DNA of 64,000 nucleotides from Enoplolaimus lenunculus (GCA_030248215.1 JASANG010001402.1:310001-374000), one strand, 5' to 3'; positions 1 to 12,588 are shown, counted from the stretch's first letter. Notes: generated by a model from the sequence alone, not told the origin. Numbers and translations: made by a program.

Positions 1-50
1 TCACTGAAATTTGCAGTCTTGATGTACATGACAGAAAATTTAGCGCAACC

Positions 51-229
51 AGCCCAAGTATAGAACAGGGCCGGATCGCTTTCCGGAGAGGCTACAATAG
101 AGTCAGTTTAAGCTTTAGACTAATTTTTTTTGCTCAGGTTTAGGCTTAGGAATAGGCTCATCCATACGCTTAGGCGTAGGCTTAGGGATATTGTTATACT
201 ACTGTTCCGGCCCTGTTCTATACATGGGC
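51..229 (+). mobile_element. TTAGGC-carrying MITE, TIR subtype B
   Basis: Ends agcccaagtatagaacagggccgga and tccggccctgttctatacatgggc are inverted repeats; internal TTAGGC units. Confidence 0.8.
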
Positions 230-276
230 AGCAACCCATGCTGTGTTAACAAATAAAGTAGGTTTGTACTTTTCAG

Positions 277-422
277 ATATAAATATATACGCCACATCCA
301 GGTGCTTACCGGATGCTCTGCGTGGTTATTGCTGTGGTCTGCGTGTGTGATAATAACCATCGAATTGAAGCCAAAATCATCAACCAACTTTCATGCTGGA
401 TTTTTTGCCGTTGCACTTGCAA
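277..422 (+). CDS. Internal exon of a multi-pass membrane protein (gene starts before the window)
   Basis: ttttcag acceptor at 270-276; reads YKYIRHIQVLTGCSAWLLLWSACVIITIELKPKSSTNFHAGFFAVALA; GT donor at 423 in phase 1, matching the exon at 1337. Confidence 0.6.
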
Positions 423-440
423 GTATAAATGTAGCATGTT

Positions 441-608
441 CGGGACCGTAGCCTAAGGGGGGGCAGGGGGCGCAGACTCCCTCTGGAGAAATTTTGTCGC
501 ACCCCTATAAGATTTGCAATCTTGCTTGTAAGTCCTTGAAAACCCTTGAATGCCCCTCCTGAATAATTTTTGCCCCCCCCAGCAAGGTGAGCTCTGGCTG
601 CGAGCCTG
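441..608. mobile_element. hAT-like MITE (CAGGCCCGTAGCC-type TIR)
   Basis: cgggaccgtagcc ... ggctgcgagcctg; related copies near 9826-9960, 24988-25077, 31217-31386 and 52109-52273. Confidence 0.55.
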
Positions 609-1058
609 AACGCGGTAAGCTACAACTTAGGGTTGCGATATACTTTTTTTGACGTCCGTCACCGTACGTCAACGTGTAGCGTCGTACGTGAATGACTCAC
701 GTCCGCTACCGTATGGTGATAGACGAAACGACAAACATTTAAAAATACACCCGCCTGTGATTGCCTACTCTAAATGCTAACTTTCCTGTCTACAGAGCAG
801 AAACGCTGACAATCGGTTTTCAACAGCAATAACTACGACATCGAATCCAAGGCCATATTCTCAAATGCGTATATAGCTACTATCATCAGTTAGTAATAGG
901 TGTTCAAACTCAATAAAGTATTGCAGCTGTTGAACTCAAAATCGGAACACAAGTAGAGCTAATCGTGTGCAAAAAAATGTGCTGAATCTTGAACGTCAGC
1001 ATTCACTGGTTTGAAAGTTTATAGGTCCTATCATTAGTGATTTTTGTATATAAATTCT

Positions 1059-1250
1059 GGCCCATGTGAAGAACAGGGGCGGAACGTTTTCCTATGGGAC
1101 TAGAAAAGAGTAAGCTTAAGCTTTACACTAATTTTTTACTTGACTTAGGCTTACACTTAGGAATATGCTCATTCTTACGCTTAGGTTTAATAGGCTTAGG
1201 CTTAGAAATATGCTTATATACTGTTCCGCCCCTGTTTCTTTACATTGGCT
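1059..1250 (+). mobile_element. TTAGGC-carrying MITE, subtype A
   Basis: ggcccatgtgaagaacaggggcggaac ... gttccgcccctgtttctttacattggct; flanks taaattct/ctaattct. Confidence 0.8.
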
Positions 1251-1336
1251 CTAATTCTTTCGGTCCAATGCAGCAAAATATAACATTTACTTCCGACAAA
1301 CAGCACCCAACTTACATTTAATGTTACTCTTTTCAG

Positions 1337-1920
1337 TTACGTTATTAACGGTCATCCCAACATGGGGCATTGCTGATCTATGCTTTAGCCGTTGCAAACG
1401 TGGCAATTCTCAACAGTCGGATTTCAGCAGCACTCGTCTACTAGAAGTACATTCGAGTAAATTTGGTATTTCAAGATCGTGTAACCATAGCGAATGTCTC
1501 AAACAATTCAACTCTAAATCCCAGCGCCGAAGTTATCAGTCAGACGCTAAACGATCCTCGGACGCGCACCAACATCAACACACTGATTGTGCCACCGTTT
1601 TGTCAAGCCAAACACGATTAGCTAGCTATCAGAAACCGCGAAAAAATATTTATTCAGCCGAGCAACCGACACCGATGTTAACAATTGCGACTTTTGCTAG
1701 TTCGAACAGCGATCGGCAATTTAGCGAATTCGATGGTGAATCTGGTTCAGCTGATGGATCATCCACGACTCCGCGATCTGGAGGTCGGTATCCGAGCCCA
1801 TCTGGGCCTTGTAATTTGAAAAAGGGCTCGTTACAATTTCGATTACCATTTCATTGTCATGCTCATGGCAAATGTAGTCAGAGCAAAACGAAACTACAGC
1901 ACGATGATGTCAGCTGCTGA
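1337..1920 (+). CDS. Terminal exon of the membrane protein: end of a TM helix plus Ser/Gln-rich tail
   Basis: ttttcag at 1330-1336; the splice joins ...FFAVALA-I-TLLTVIPTWGIADLCFSRCKR into one hydrophobic helix followed by basic residues; open to TGA at 1920. A stand-alone ORF from ATG 1321 is an alternative reading. Confidence 0.65.
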
Positions 1921-2544
1921 CTTGTGTCGCATGCACCAAATCGTCAGTTAATGGGGATAGGCCTGACAATTTTGAGATACGGGTATCTGAGCTTTGAAAT
2001 TTAGCATATTTTTCGTATGTTACTCATCATACCTTACTGATAGAGGAAGCGCAACTGTAACCATTATAGGGCCAGTGTATAGACCAAGTGCGAAACAATT
2101 AGTGCAAACATATTCCTAGCCTAAACCGTAAGCGTAAGAATGATCATATCTCTAAGCATAAGAATGAGCTTATGTCTAAGCATAAGCCTAAGCGTAACCA
2201 AAAAAGCAGTCTATTAAAGTTTAAGCTTACACTATTCCAATCTCACGGACTAACGTTCCGCCGCTTATCTTTACATGGGTCATATATGGTATACTCAATG
2301 ACAACAAGGTGGTATTTACAGACAAGAATGGTGTTGCTAATCCTGCTTGGAACAATATGGTAAACCTATTGGCACTTAGTAGAAAAACATAGTACGGTGT
2401 CATTTGGTGCCATAGGGTCGCCAAGTTTCACCGAGCATCACGTTCGGGAGTAATTAAGACTGTCAAAAAATGCAACACCCACCCGAGTATTGCGAAATAA
2501 TAGGGTAATTATTGAATTTACTCACCGCTTATATGCATTATCCA

Positions 2545-2728
2545 AAGGTGGATTCAAAAATTTCTGACGGGAGGGGCGGGCTGGCAAATGTTATGAAACG
2601 CAAATATTATAACATAGGGACCTTATCATTTCATCATCCAAATGTTTTCTGAGGGCGAAAAATTGTAACGTAGAGAAGGATCTTACCATTTTATCGCACA
2701 AAAAAATTCATCGGCAAAAATTGTAAAC
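2545..2728 (+). mobile_element. Truncated, unexpanded relative of the satellite-bearing MITE at 13151
   Basis: ggtggattcaaaaatttctgacgggaggggcgggctggcaaatgttatgaa matches 13155-13205 and is followed by about two degenerate 53-bp-type units. Confidence 0.7.
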
Positions 2729-4114
2729 GAATTGTAAGATAACTTGAAATTATATTGAAATATTGAAGCGACCCGTTTTCTTAACAGATTCGGCAAATGT
2801 AAAGAACAGGGGTGGAACAGTGTTATCAGCATATTCCTAAACCTAAGCCTATGCCAAGCAAAAAAATTCATCTCAAGCGGATACCGCAGTGATTTTTGCT
2901 TTACAACGCATACACACTGTAAAGTTTAGTAAGTTGATTTTAACTCAAAATGAGTTGAATTTATTAAGAGGTCTAAGCTGTGAATTACGTCTTTCAGAAC
3001 TCAGAATTCTAAATTGATTTTAACTCATTCTTAGTTAATTAATCATCTCACCCAGAATTAAGTCCGCTCAGAGTGAGTTAATGTTTACAAATTGAAAAAG
3101 GCCGCCCGATACGGCCGGTTGGTAGCAGAGGGCCGGACAGGCCGCTTTTTTCAGCCCATTTCTGTCGTCTGCTTGCGCTTAAGCATTGGAAAGGTTAATG
3201 CAAAGACTTAGGCTTTTATACGTAAGTTTTTCTATTAGCATTAAATCCTGGTCTTGCGCATGTATGGGATAAATGCACATGAGCCCCTATTTGTCATTTC
3301 ACAAAATGTACCAGCACGCGTTGCGTTTTTGACCTATTCCGTCTCAAAAATGTTATTATATTAGGATTGCAAAATGTTTATTATTTGAAAATCACGTCGT
3401 TTTTAAATTACCGTACGCCGCCGACGTCCGGTTCAGTAAAAAGTATAGCGCAACTCTTAATAGGATTGCTCAGTACTCGCCGCACACCGCCGTAAATCTT
3501 TGTATTAAAATTGCCACATTCCGGGATGCGGTGGCGTGTGTCGGCGTCCGGCTTAATAAAGTAAAGCGCAACCCTAATGCCGCTTTATATATTGGGTCCA
3601 TGTTACTTTTAGGGCCGTCCCGGTTTCTGGTGGGTCTGTAAAAGAGTAGGCTTACATGCTAGACTACAGTTTTTTGCTTTTGCTTAGGCTTAAGCTTAGG
3701 CTTAGAAATACGCTATTGCAACGATAAGGCTTAGGCTTTAGGCTTAGGAATACGCTTAATCTACTGTTACGGCCCTAACAGTAACATTGGTCATATATGG
3801 TATGGTAAATAGCGAAACACAAAATGTGCTGGTGATATTGTCCTCCGCAGAAAAGTGTGCCAAGTTGACAGACGCATGAGCCACGAGAAGATTGTCCAGA
3901 TCTTTGCCAATCAACTATAATTTTGTGGAATATTCCCTAATGGATCCGGACGCTCCGCCACGGCAGACTCCTGGCAATTTGGGATGTCGGCTACACGCCT
4001 GAGTTTGCGGACTGTTGTCTACAAGCGTATTCTCAAATGACTATGGCACCTATCACCAGTAAGCGACAACTTTTCAAACAGACGAACTAAAATGCATCCG
4101 TTCTTAGAAGTTTC

Positions 4115-4296
4115 GGCCCATGTATGGAACACGGCCGGAACAGTAGTATAAGCATATTCCTAAGCCTAAGCCTAAGTCTAAGCCTAAGCCTAAGCCTAAG
4201 CCTAAGTGTATGCAAAAAAAAAAAAAACAACCAAAAGATCGAAAAAATAAAAAACAAAAAATAACAAAAACCCAGCCCTGTTCTTATGCATGGGCC
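4115..4296 (-). mobile_element. TTAGGC-carrying MITE, subtype B
   Basis: GGCC termini, (gcctaa)n array, TSD gaagtttc/gaaatttc; the inner 3' half is an A-rich garbled stretch. Confidence 0.75.
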
Positions 4297-4683
4297 GAAA
4301 TTTCGAACAGTTGCAGAGATGCATGCCTTTCATTGAGTGATTCAAAAGTTAGGAGCCTGATATTGCGAACTGATACGTGTTATACACATTTGAGAATGCT
4401 GGCCCTTGAGTCATCATCGATTTTGGTCGTGACTAATCGGTATTTGAACACTTATCCTTGCATTTTAAATTAAGGCTCAGGCGTACCCACGGGATTGGGC
4501 AATAGGTAAGCCTTTTTCTCTAAAAATCAGCCAATCCTATCCGAAAGTGCAAAAGTATGCTAAAGTAAGCAAGAACAGACCATTGCTTGTATTCATAGAT
4601 AAGCCTTTTCCTAAACCTAAACCTGAGCCTAAATGTAAATATGAGGCGAAAGTACACAAGAGAAACTAAATCAGTTGTTCGCT

Positions 4684-4897
4684 TCATCCGAATGCCGTGT
4701 CGAGTTTGACGATTTTCGCTTGCCATTTCAATCGCTGCTTTTTACAGTAACCCCACCAGCCGTACGTGACACACACTGGTTTCAACTCAAGTTCGAAACA
4801 TTTTGGATTTGCCAAATTGAAATAAAATTGACCCAACCGATACGCGCCAGAGAATCCGGTGTTGTTGTGAATTTGAACTTCGAGACAGTCGTGGAAG
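4684..4897 (-). CDS. Group III secreted phospholipase A2, last exon
   Basis: TTTTCAG acceptor on the minus strand ends at 4898; the phase-2 join gives HCDCDRL-FHDCLE; continues LGQFYFNLANPKCF...VCVTYGWWGYC, typical of the group III PLA2 C-terminal half. Confidence 0.9.
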
Positions 4898-5257
4898 CTG
4901 AAAACAGTGTTCGCTGGTTTTGAACAAACAATTTTAAACTTGAACTCATTTTCAAATTTTAGTTCGACTTTCATGAAGTCGCGGTCACATGCAATAACTC
5001 TAAATTCAACTATAAGCACATCGTTTTTGACGTCGGATACATAAAGTGCCATGGTTCGTACAGGTTGTACCCCCTCAAAAATAAGGGGGTCGGCCAAAAA
5101 ACACCGAGTGCCGGGAAAATCATTCCACCAGAGAATTTACCCAGTTGCATGCTCTTGTTGCATGCATCATCCGCTCTTGGTGAGATTGGTAATTGGTGTA
5201 GGACTCCATACTGGAAACGTTTCAGACAACTTAAAACCGTATTTTCTAACATCTATA

Positions 5258-5455
5258 GGCCAATGTAAAGAACAAGGGCGGAACAGTATTACAAGCATAT
5301 TCGTAAAAGCCTAAACCTAAGCCTAAGCCTAAACGTAAGAATGAGCATATTCGTAAGCCTACGCCTAAGCCAACCAAAAAAATTAGTCTAAAGCTTAAGC
5401 TTACTCTATTGCAATTCCACAGAAAAACGTTGCGCCCCTGGTCTTAACATGGGCC
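5258..5455 (-). mobile_element. TTAGGC-carrying MITE, subtype A
   Basis: TIRs intact; perfect 8-bp TSD CATCTATA on both sides. Confidence 0.9.
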
Positions 5456-5602
5456 CATCTATATGGCTTCATTTTATTGTACTAAACTGTAAAGTGGCGT
5501 CTTGTGTAAAATACAATTCTGCAGTAAATAAACATGGCCGAAACTTTTTAAAATTGCTGATGCGCAGCAACCGTTATTCGCCTGTTGGAACATATATTAT
5601 TA

Positions 5603-5812
5603 CACTACAAAAAATGATGAGTCAAATTGACACTTTCCTAAATAGGCTTTTCGGGACTAGACAAATTGAGTCAAAATTCAACTCCACAAGATTCACATTC
5701 AGGTCACTTAGTCGAAGGTTTGACCCTGGCGAAGTCGAATTTGTCTCAGTTTAGTGTAGTCAGGAAAAGCCTATTTCGAAGACAGTCAGTTGATTAACTA
5801 TTTTTTGCAGTG
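5603..5812. mobile_element. Fold-back MITE with CAC...GTG ends
   Basis: TA-cactacaaaaaa ... ttttttgcagtg-TA; long internal inverted arms; same family as 46905-47113. Confidence 0.75.
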
Positions 5813-6038
5813 TAACAATAGCGGATCTAGAAAGGCCCAGTGGGTTACCTTTTATAAAATGTTTTAGAAAAAATGGTAACGTCCCAAACTTACAATTTTT
5901 TTATTTTACTATGCAACTGAAATAGCGTCTGCTTCCTGGATCCGCCACTGTTCAATACCACAAAATTTTCTCAGAGACTACATCAACCAAAACGCAGTCA
6001 GCGCTTCACATCCAGTCGCAACTGTAAAGGATTTTCAC

Positions 6039-6958
6039 GAACGGACCTCCAATTGTTATTTCCCCATTTCCGGCGGATGCACTTAATAATCATGCATCCG
6101 TTTCCGGTCTGCATATTTTATCGCTACTTTTTTAAACTGATGATAGATGCTACACACATTTGAAAATTCAGTTGAAAATACAATCAACTTACAGTCGATC
6201 ACAATCGCAATGATTAATTGTGAACGGACTCCAATTGTTATATCCCCATTTCCGGCGGATGCACTTAATAATCATGCATCCGTTTCCGGTCTGCATATTT
6301 TATCGCTACTTTTTTAAACTGATGATAGATGCTACACACATTTGAAAATTCAGTTGAAAATACAATCAACTTACAGTCGATCACAATCGCAATGATTAAT
6401 TGTGAACGGACTCCAATTGTTATATCCCCATTTCCGGCGGATGCACTTAATAATCATGCATCCGTTTCCGGTCTGCATATTTTATCGCTACTTTTTTAAA
6501 CTGATGATAGATGCTACACACATTTGAAAATTCAGTTGAAAATACAATCAACTTACAGTCGATCACAATCGCAATGATTAATCGTGAACGGACTCCAACT
6601 TTATACCCCCCACTCCCGGCGGACCCACTAATTAATCACCCCCCCCGTTTCCGGTCTGCATATTTTATCGCTACTTTTTAAACTATAAAATCACACACAT
6701 TTAAAATATAAAAATACTACTACTACACCACTTAATAAACAAAACCACGGAACTCCAATTGTTATATCCCCATTTCCGGCGGATGCACTTAATAATCATG
6801 CATCCGTTTCCGGTCTGCATATTTTATCGCTACTTTTTTAAACTGATGATAGATGCTACACACATTTGAAAATTCAGTTGAAAATACAATCAACTTACAG
6901 TCGATCACAATCGCAATGATTAATTGTAAACGGACTCCAATTGTTATATCCCCATTTC
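6039..6958. repeat. 182-bp tandem repeat (about 5 units) containing the PLA2 exon 3' end and splice donor
   Basis: caacttacagtcgatcacaatcg recurs at 6185, 6367, 6549 (spacing 182) and at the true exon end, 6891; the unit at about 6590-6750 is garbled. Confidence 0.9.
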
Positions 6959-7755
6959 GTTGAAAATCCACTAATCGTATACGGACATTGATCATGCTGT
7001 TTGCAACACAGATCCAGTCCAACGTTGGTCCCGTAATCGTGAGCGTGTTTCGCTAAACTTCCGTGTCCGCACCATTTGGTATTTGGCCAAATCATATATT
7101 TTCGAGTGCTGTCTGATATTTCGCGTTTTAGTCGCGCTAGGACCGCTTGTGGTGTTTGAATTTCGTCTAATTTAACTGGGGAATAATCTGTTGCTTGGCG
7201 GTTGTTAAATTCAGATCTGTGGGATGCTTGCTGATCTAAGCCGTTTGTTCCAACTTGAGCAAGCGGTTCAAACCCTGGTGCTTTGATAGAGTTCAAATTG
7301 GCAGACTCAGTTCCAGACTCACCAGAAAAACATCGAAACTGACCCGATAAGAATTGGATCCGTGAACTCGAGGGGCACCCCAGACATCGAGCGAGTAATT
7401 GATTCTGGTTGAGATGAACGAGATTATGCTCGAGGAAAATACTCCCATTCATGGCTCGGTGGTGTGAGTTTTGGTTAGAATTTACAAACTCCGGGGGTCG
7501 GTGCGTCCATGAACATCCACGAATTGTTCCTTTGTCAAATTTGACTCGAATTCGATAATTGTCACATTTGAATAATTGAATGTGAGTGGTTTTTGCAGTT
7601 GTTGGTTTGAAACGCGGCACAGAAAGGACCAATGGAGTGGCGTTGGGTTTGTGGGCAGAAGGTCGGCTTGGCTCACTTTGTAACATTGTGGACTTGGACG
7701 GCTGCAGTATCAGGATAGGGATTAGAGTGATAAGATTAGTGTGTTTAAGCAACAT
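6899..7755 (-). CDS. Group III secreted phospholipase A2 (PLA2G3/bee-venom type), first coding exon
   Basis: ATG at 7755, hydrophobic N-terminus, RLKR site, then IWPNTKWCGHG (Ca-binding loop), DLCCKQHDQC (catalytic His-Asp) and HCDCD; donor CT|gtaagt at 6899/6898. Spliced product is 356 aa. Confidence 0.9.
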
Positions 7756-8052
7756 TTTCAAGTTTATATGAATTTACTGCTATATAAACCGTATATAAGC
7801 TGTTTTAGTATACATATATAGTATCTGAAAAACAATAAATATTTTTGACCAATAACTGAAATGGACTCGGACGCATGTATGTATCGTAGCCACGGCACCA
7901 ATTTAGTCAAATCGCCAATATGGCTAGCAACGGCACCAATTGCTACGGTGACCAGACACTATAGCAATCGCACCTTATTGGTTTATCTGTTTGGCTAATG
8001 TAACGAACAGAAGCGGAACAGTATTTTAAGCCTATGCCTAAGCGTAAGCCGA

Positions 8053-8249
8053 CAGTGCAAAATATGGTGAGTCAAATTGACTCTCCGAAATAGGCTTTCC
8101 TGACTACACAAACTGAATCAAAATTCGACTCCGCCAGAGTCAAATTCGATTCACTGAATCGCTCAGTAAAGTCGAATTTGACTCAGTTTGTGTTGTGAAG
8201 AAAAGCCTATATCGAAGAGTGTCAATTTAACTCACCATTTTTTACAGTG
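8053..8249. mobile_element. Fold-back MITE with CAC...GTG ends
   Basis: Near-palindromic gagtcaaattgactctccgaaataggc ... gcctatatcgaagagtgtcaatttaactc arms. Confidence 0.75.
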
Positions 8250-9129
8250 TACCATGCCTGTTTGCGAATTCGTTTATTGATCAATATATAATCTAAATAC
8301 TGTTTTACTATAGTTGACCGCATAGATGTGGGGTGCGAAAGACAGATGCAATTGCGACACCCAAAAGGGTTGCTAACATATTGACCAATTAGCGAGTTTT
8401 GGCACACTTACACAGCAAAATTGAAACGAACAACTCGACAAAGCTCACGAGGACATTATTTGGGGTCGTTAAATCATCTAAATTATTTACCATTATTAAT
8501 ACGTTTAAATGAAAGATTCAGTTTAACTCGAGTTAAGCCCGTAGTAAATAACTAAGAAATGTAAAAGAAGAATCAGTTCAGTTCAATCAGACAGCTGTCT
8601 TGAAGGTTATGTTAAGGTTTGCCTGTTTTAGCAAAGGATTAAAAAGATTGATGCAGCGGCGGAGGTGCGGAATCTGGACCCCGTTAGGATTTTGGCAAAA
8701 AGTAGTCGATCGTGTAGATCTCGTCGAGCTGAAATCAACGGTACCATTTTTGTGGCTGCACAACCAACGGTTCGAAAGTTATGGCCATCGAAGTTATAGT
8801 GCAAACACGCACAGATTGGAATACGAAGGATCTATCATTGACATGTTCGTAAAATATAAGCTTAACCAGGTTTATTCTTTACGCAAATTTGATTGTTCTT
8901 TGTCAAGTTTTATATGGTAAAAAGATGAAATTTAAATCGACATAACTATAGAACCGCGGAACCTACAGCGTCAAAAATGGCACCGTTGAACTCAGCGCGT
9001 CGAAATTTACAAAATGAACTATTTTTCATTAAATTCTATCCGTTTACACCCTGGTTTTAAGCTGTCTCGTAAAGGTACGGCACTTGAATAGAATGTTTTT
9101 GAAAGAACCTAGACATTGTTAACTTTATT

Positions 9130-9502
9130 GGCCCATTTAAAGATCAGGGGCGGAGCGTTTTTCTGTGGGACTGCAATAGACTAAGCTTACTTGTAGACTT
9201 ATTTTTTGCTTGGCTTAGGCTCAGGCTTAGGCTGAGGAAGATACTGATTCTTACGCTTGGGCTTAGGTTTAGGTTTAGGAATATGCCAGTGGCGGATCCA
9301 CGATTTCAAAATGGGGGGGCAAAATTTCACAGGTAATAAACTAATTTTTTCACCCACACACAAACCACGAACTATTGCCATAAAATTGCTATATAATTTT
9401 TGTCGAGATGCTGTTGGGGGGCCACGGCCGGGGTGGCCCCCCATGGATCCGCCATTGAAACATGCTTATAATACTGTTCCACCCCTGTTCTTTGCATTGG
9501 CC
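9130..9502 (+). mobile_element. TTAGGC MITE (subtype A) with a nested hAT-like MITE at 9287-9457
   Basis: Outer TSD actttatt/agtttatt; inner TIR cagtggcggatcca ... tggatccgccattg with TSD gaatatgc/aaacatgc. Confidence 0.85.
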
Positions 9503-11977
9503 AGTTTATTTTAAAAATATCCAAAATTGTAAATTTTGTAGAGTATTTGAAATATTTAACTTAACCTCAAAGAAATGTTCACAATGTGACAGCGGTGTTA
9601 CAGTCCTGTACTGAATACAATTAACTATAATTTCACAACAATTTAGACAATTGATAAAATCTAAAATAGTATTTAGTATTAGAAAGTCTACGTTAACCGG
9701 ACAAGACCGTTATTCGCGTTTAAGCACAACAATGACTTCCCGATTCTGTCACACAACTGATAATCGATACCCATCAATGTTTATTACCTCAAATTATCAT
9801 ATTTACATCCAATGAGATGACTTAGGGGGCTCAGAACACTTGAAAAAACTTTGTCTCCCCTTGAAACCTTTTAACCTTGCTTGTAAGTCATTGAAAACCG
9901 TTGTATGCCAGTCCTGAAAATCTTTAGCCAACTTGAGCAAGGTGAGCTCGCTACGGGTCTTTCGTCGCCGTACGGTATCGTACTTACGTGACGAATTCAA
10001 GTACGATACCACGCGACGAATGGCGCCACCCCACGACACGTATTGAGCAACCCTTAACAAATTGGAATGAGGGGGTCGATGGAAGAATTTCTCGTGATTG
10101 AACATATTTTCAGGCAGCAATTGTGGAGATATGTGACTCGACAGATTTAGCATGCGTCATAAGCAAAACATTCGTTTGCCTGCTGTTGGAACCTACGAAA
10201 AGAAAATGTTTTCGAAACGATTACCAGCGATTTAAAAGTAGTTGTTTCGAAAATTTATATTTCAGTAAATTAACCCTTTCTCATATGAATATATTACGTA
10301 TAACAACTTGATTTCAAGCCAGGATTGGTATCGCAGCTTCACGGGTGGAAAACCGTTTACTATCATCACTCATGTGTAGAAGCTTAACGCTCTAGCCCGT
10401 TGAAGCTCTCACGTCTTGAGGAGATTTTCTAAATGATGTACAATACGGAATTATTCACTTCAAGAGTAGATAACGACTCTTTACAAGTGTGTGCAATTGG
10501 GCGCATTCTGTGTAGAAAACATTTACCCGGCACGCGTTTCGTTTTTGGCATATTTCCCCTGTATTTAGAGGGGTGTACAACCGGTGCGAACCATGACACT
10601 TTATGTATGCGACGACAAACATGCTGCCCTAATAGTTTAAATTAGGGGTATTCATGTGATAGCGACCCCACCTCTAAACAATGTGGGGCCGGCCAAAAAC
10701 GCAACGCCCGGTGGTACATTTTGTACCATGCGAGACCACAGGAGTAACACACTCTTGTTATTATCAACTCTTGCTTATACCAATTGTTCTAATAAGTCAC
10801 TCACAATCTACTCTTTGTGTCGTTGAAGCTGTAAAGGTCTAGACTAATTTTTGTGCCTAGTTTAGGCTAAGGCTTAGGCTTAGGAATATGCTCATTCTTA
10901 CGCTTACGCTTACGCTTAGGCTTTGGCTGAGGCTTTAGGCTTAGGCTTGGACTTAAAATATGTTTATAATACTGTTCCGCCCATGTTGTTTACATTAGCC
11001 CATACAGCCATAATATTTTTAGTTCAAAGTTAACCTAAAAATGCTGTTTTTTGGCAAAATCACTAAAAACCTGTATGAACTAAATTCAACAACATTGTCA
11101 AATCACGTGGTGATGGAAATACAACTTTCACAACGCGACACAATAACCAGATCAACTGGTAAAAGTTCCAAACCTGCTGCCGTAGCCAGAATACAATTTT
11201 TCGGGTCCTATCAGATTTCATATCTGCCAAATAAAAGCCAACCCCCTTTTCTGCTTCAGGCATAAATTTCCGCTGCGATCTCTTGGTGAAAATGCTCTGC
11301 ATAAAATAGAATATCTATATCCGAACAGACCCTTGATACTTTGAGAGACAGAACGCTTAAGCTAACTTCCTAGTCTAATATTTTGCATAGGCTTAGGCTT
11401 CGGCCTAAACGTAGTTATCGGATTTATTTTTGCCGTGAAGCTTAGTCTGCGGCTTAGGAATATGCTTATACTCCTGTTATGCCCCGTGAAGTAACATAGG
11501 CTATCGAACATAAGGTAAAGAAGGTATCACGACAATTCGTCGCCCAAGAAACTTAATCAACCAAAAACTTATAATCGGAAATCTCGTCTACTCGACAATT
11601 TCTTCACCTATCAGTATGCTTAGGCTTAGGTTTAAGTCACTGTTAACCGAGAAGTTGTCGAAACTTTCTGCGTTGATAATGCGAAAATGGTTCTCGTTGA
11701 AATGCCGTCTATTGGGTTTAGAACACAACTGATCCCAAAGGCGGGGATAGACGAATATACCCCCGAAACTTCAGGTATGACTCAAAAACACTTTTAAATT
11801 TGCACACTACAATCGGTAAGCAAAGTAGTAACTTCGGTTTTATTTGCTTCTGCAATAAAATGTTTGCTGCCCCTCAGGAGGCATGCTATTGCACTAAATT
11901 GTAATGGTACGTACGTAACTGTTGGTACCGGCTGAACGTGTTGATGGAATAGGTTTAAGAGCGCCTATCGAAATTTC

Positions 11978-12238
11978 GGCCCATGTAAAAACCTGGGACG
12001 GAACGTTTTTCTGTGGGACTGGAATAGAATAACCTTAGGCTTTAGACTATTTTTTGCTTGGCTTAGGCTTAGGCTTAGGAATATGCTCATTCTTACGCTT
12101 AGGCTTATGAATATGCTCATTCTTACGCTTAGGCTTAGGCTTCGGCTTAGGCTCAGGATTATGATTAGGCTTAGGTTTAGGCTTAGTCTTAGGAATATGC
12201 TTATAATACTGTTCCGCCGCCTGTTCTTTACATTGGCC
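11978..12238 (+). mobile_element. TTAGGC-carrying MITE, subtype A
   Basis: TIRs intact; TSD gaaatttc/gaaatttg. Confidence 0.85.
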
Positions 12239-12588
12239 GAAATTTGGAAACGTAGGAAAACACAGAGTTAAAACGTTTTGAGATGTGTATTCTAATCATC
12301 AAAATAATTTCTCGCTCAGCCAGCAAACATTTTTCAAATCAGCTTTGATACTCGCACGAAATGAGGTCGTGGCTACGCCCATGTGCGCAAAATGCACTTT
12401 TACTTAGCAATTATTTATTAGCTATAGCACTTTTTCTAAAATTTGCATAAATCGATCTTAGAACGAGCTTAATCCTGGGGTTCTCAAATGCAGTGCCCGG
12501 TAGTCGTCATCAGATGTCATGATTTTGTGTTCTTCGTTTGGTGTTTTGGAAAATAGGTTTTGAGGGTATTGTTCGTACTTTAAAAGTA

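Noticed and set aside
4212..4273. Poly(A)-like tract suggesting a retroposed tail or a Lys-rich ORF (4210-4473)
   Set aside because: It replaces the expected inner part of a MITE right after an A run while both TIRs remain; probably a sequencing artefact.
4898..5097. N-terminal part of the 137-aa ORF 4684-5097
   Set aside because: Intronic read-through upstream of the TTTTCAG acceptor; PLA2 similarity starts at FHDCL.
6590..6750. G-depleted unit of the 182-bp repeat as evidence of editing or hypermutation
   Set aside because: Homopolymer-rich garbling with deletions looks like a low-quality read consensus; raw reads would be needed.
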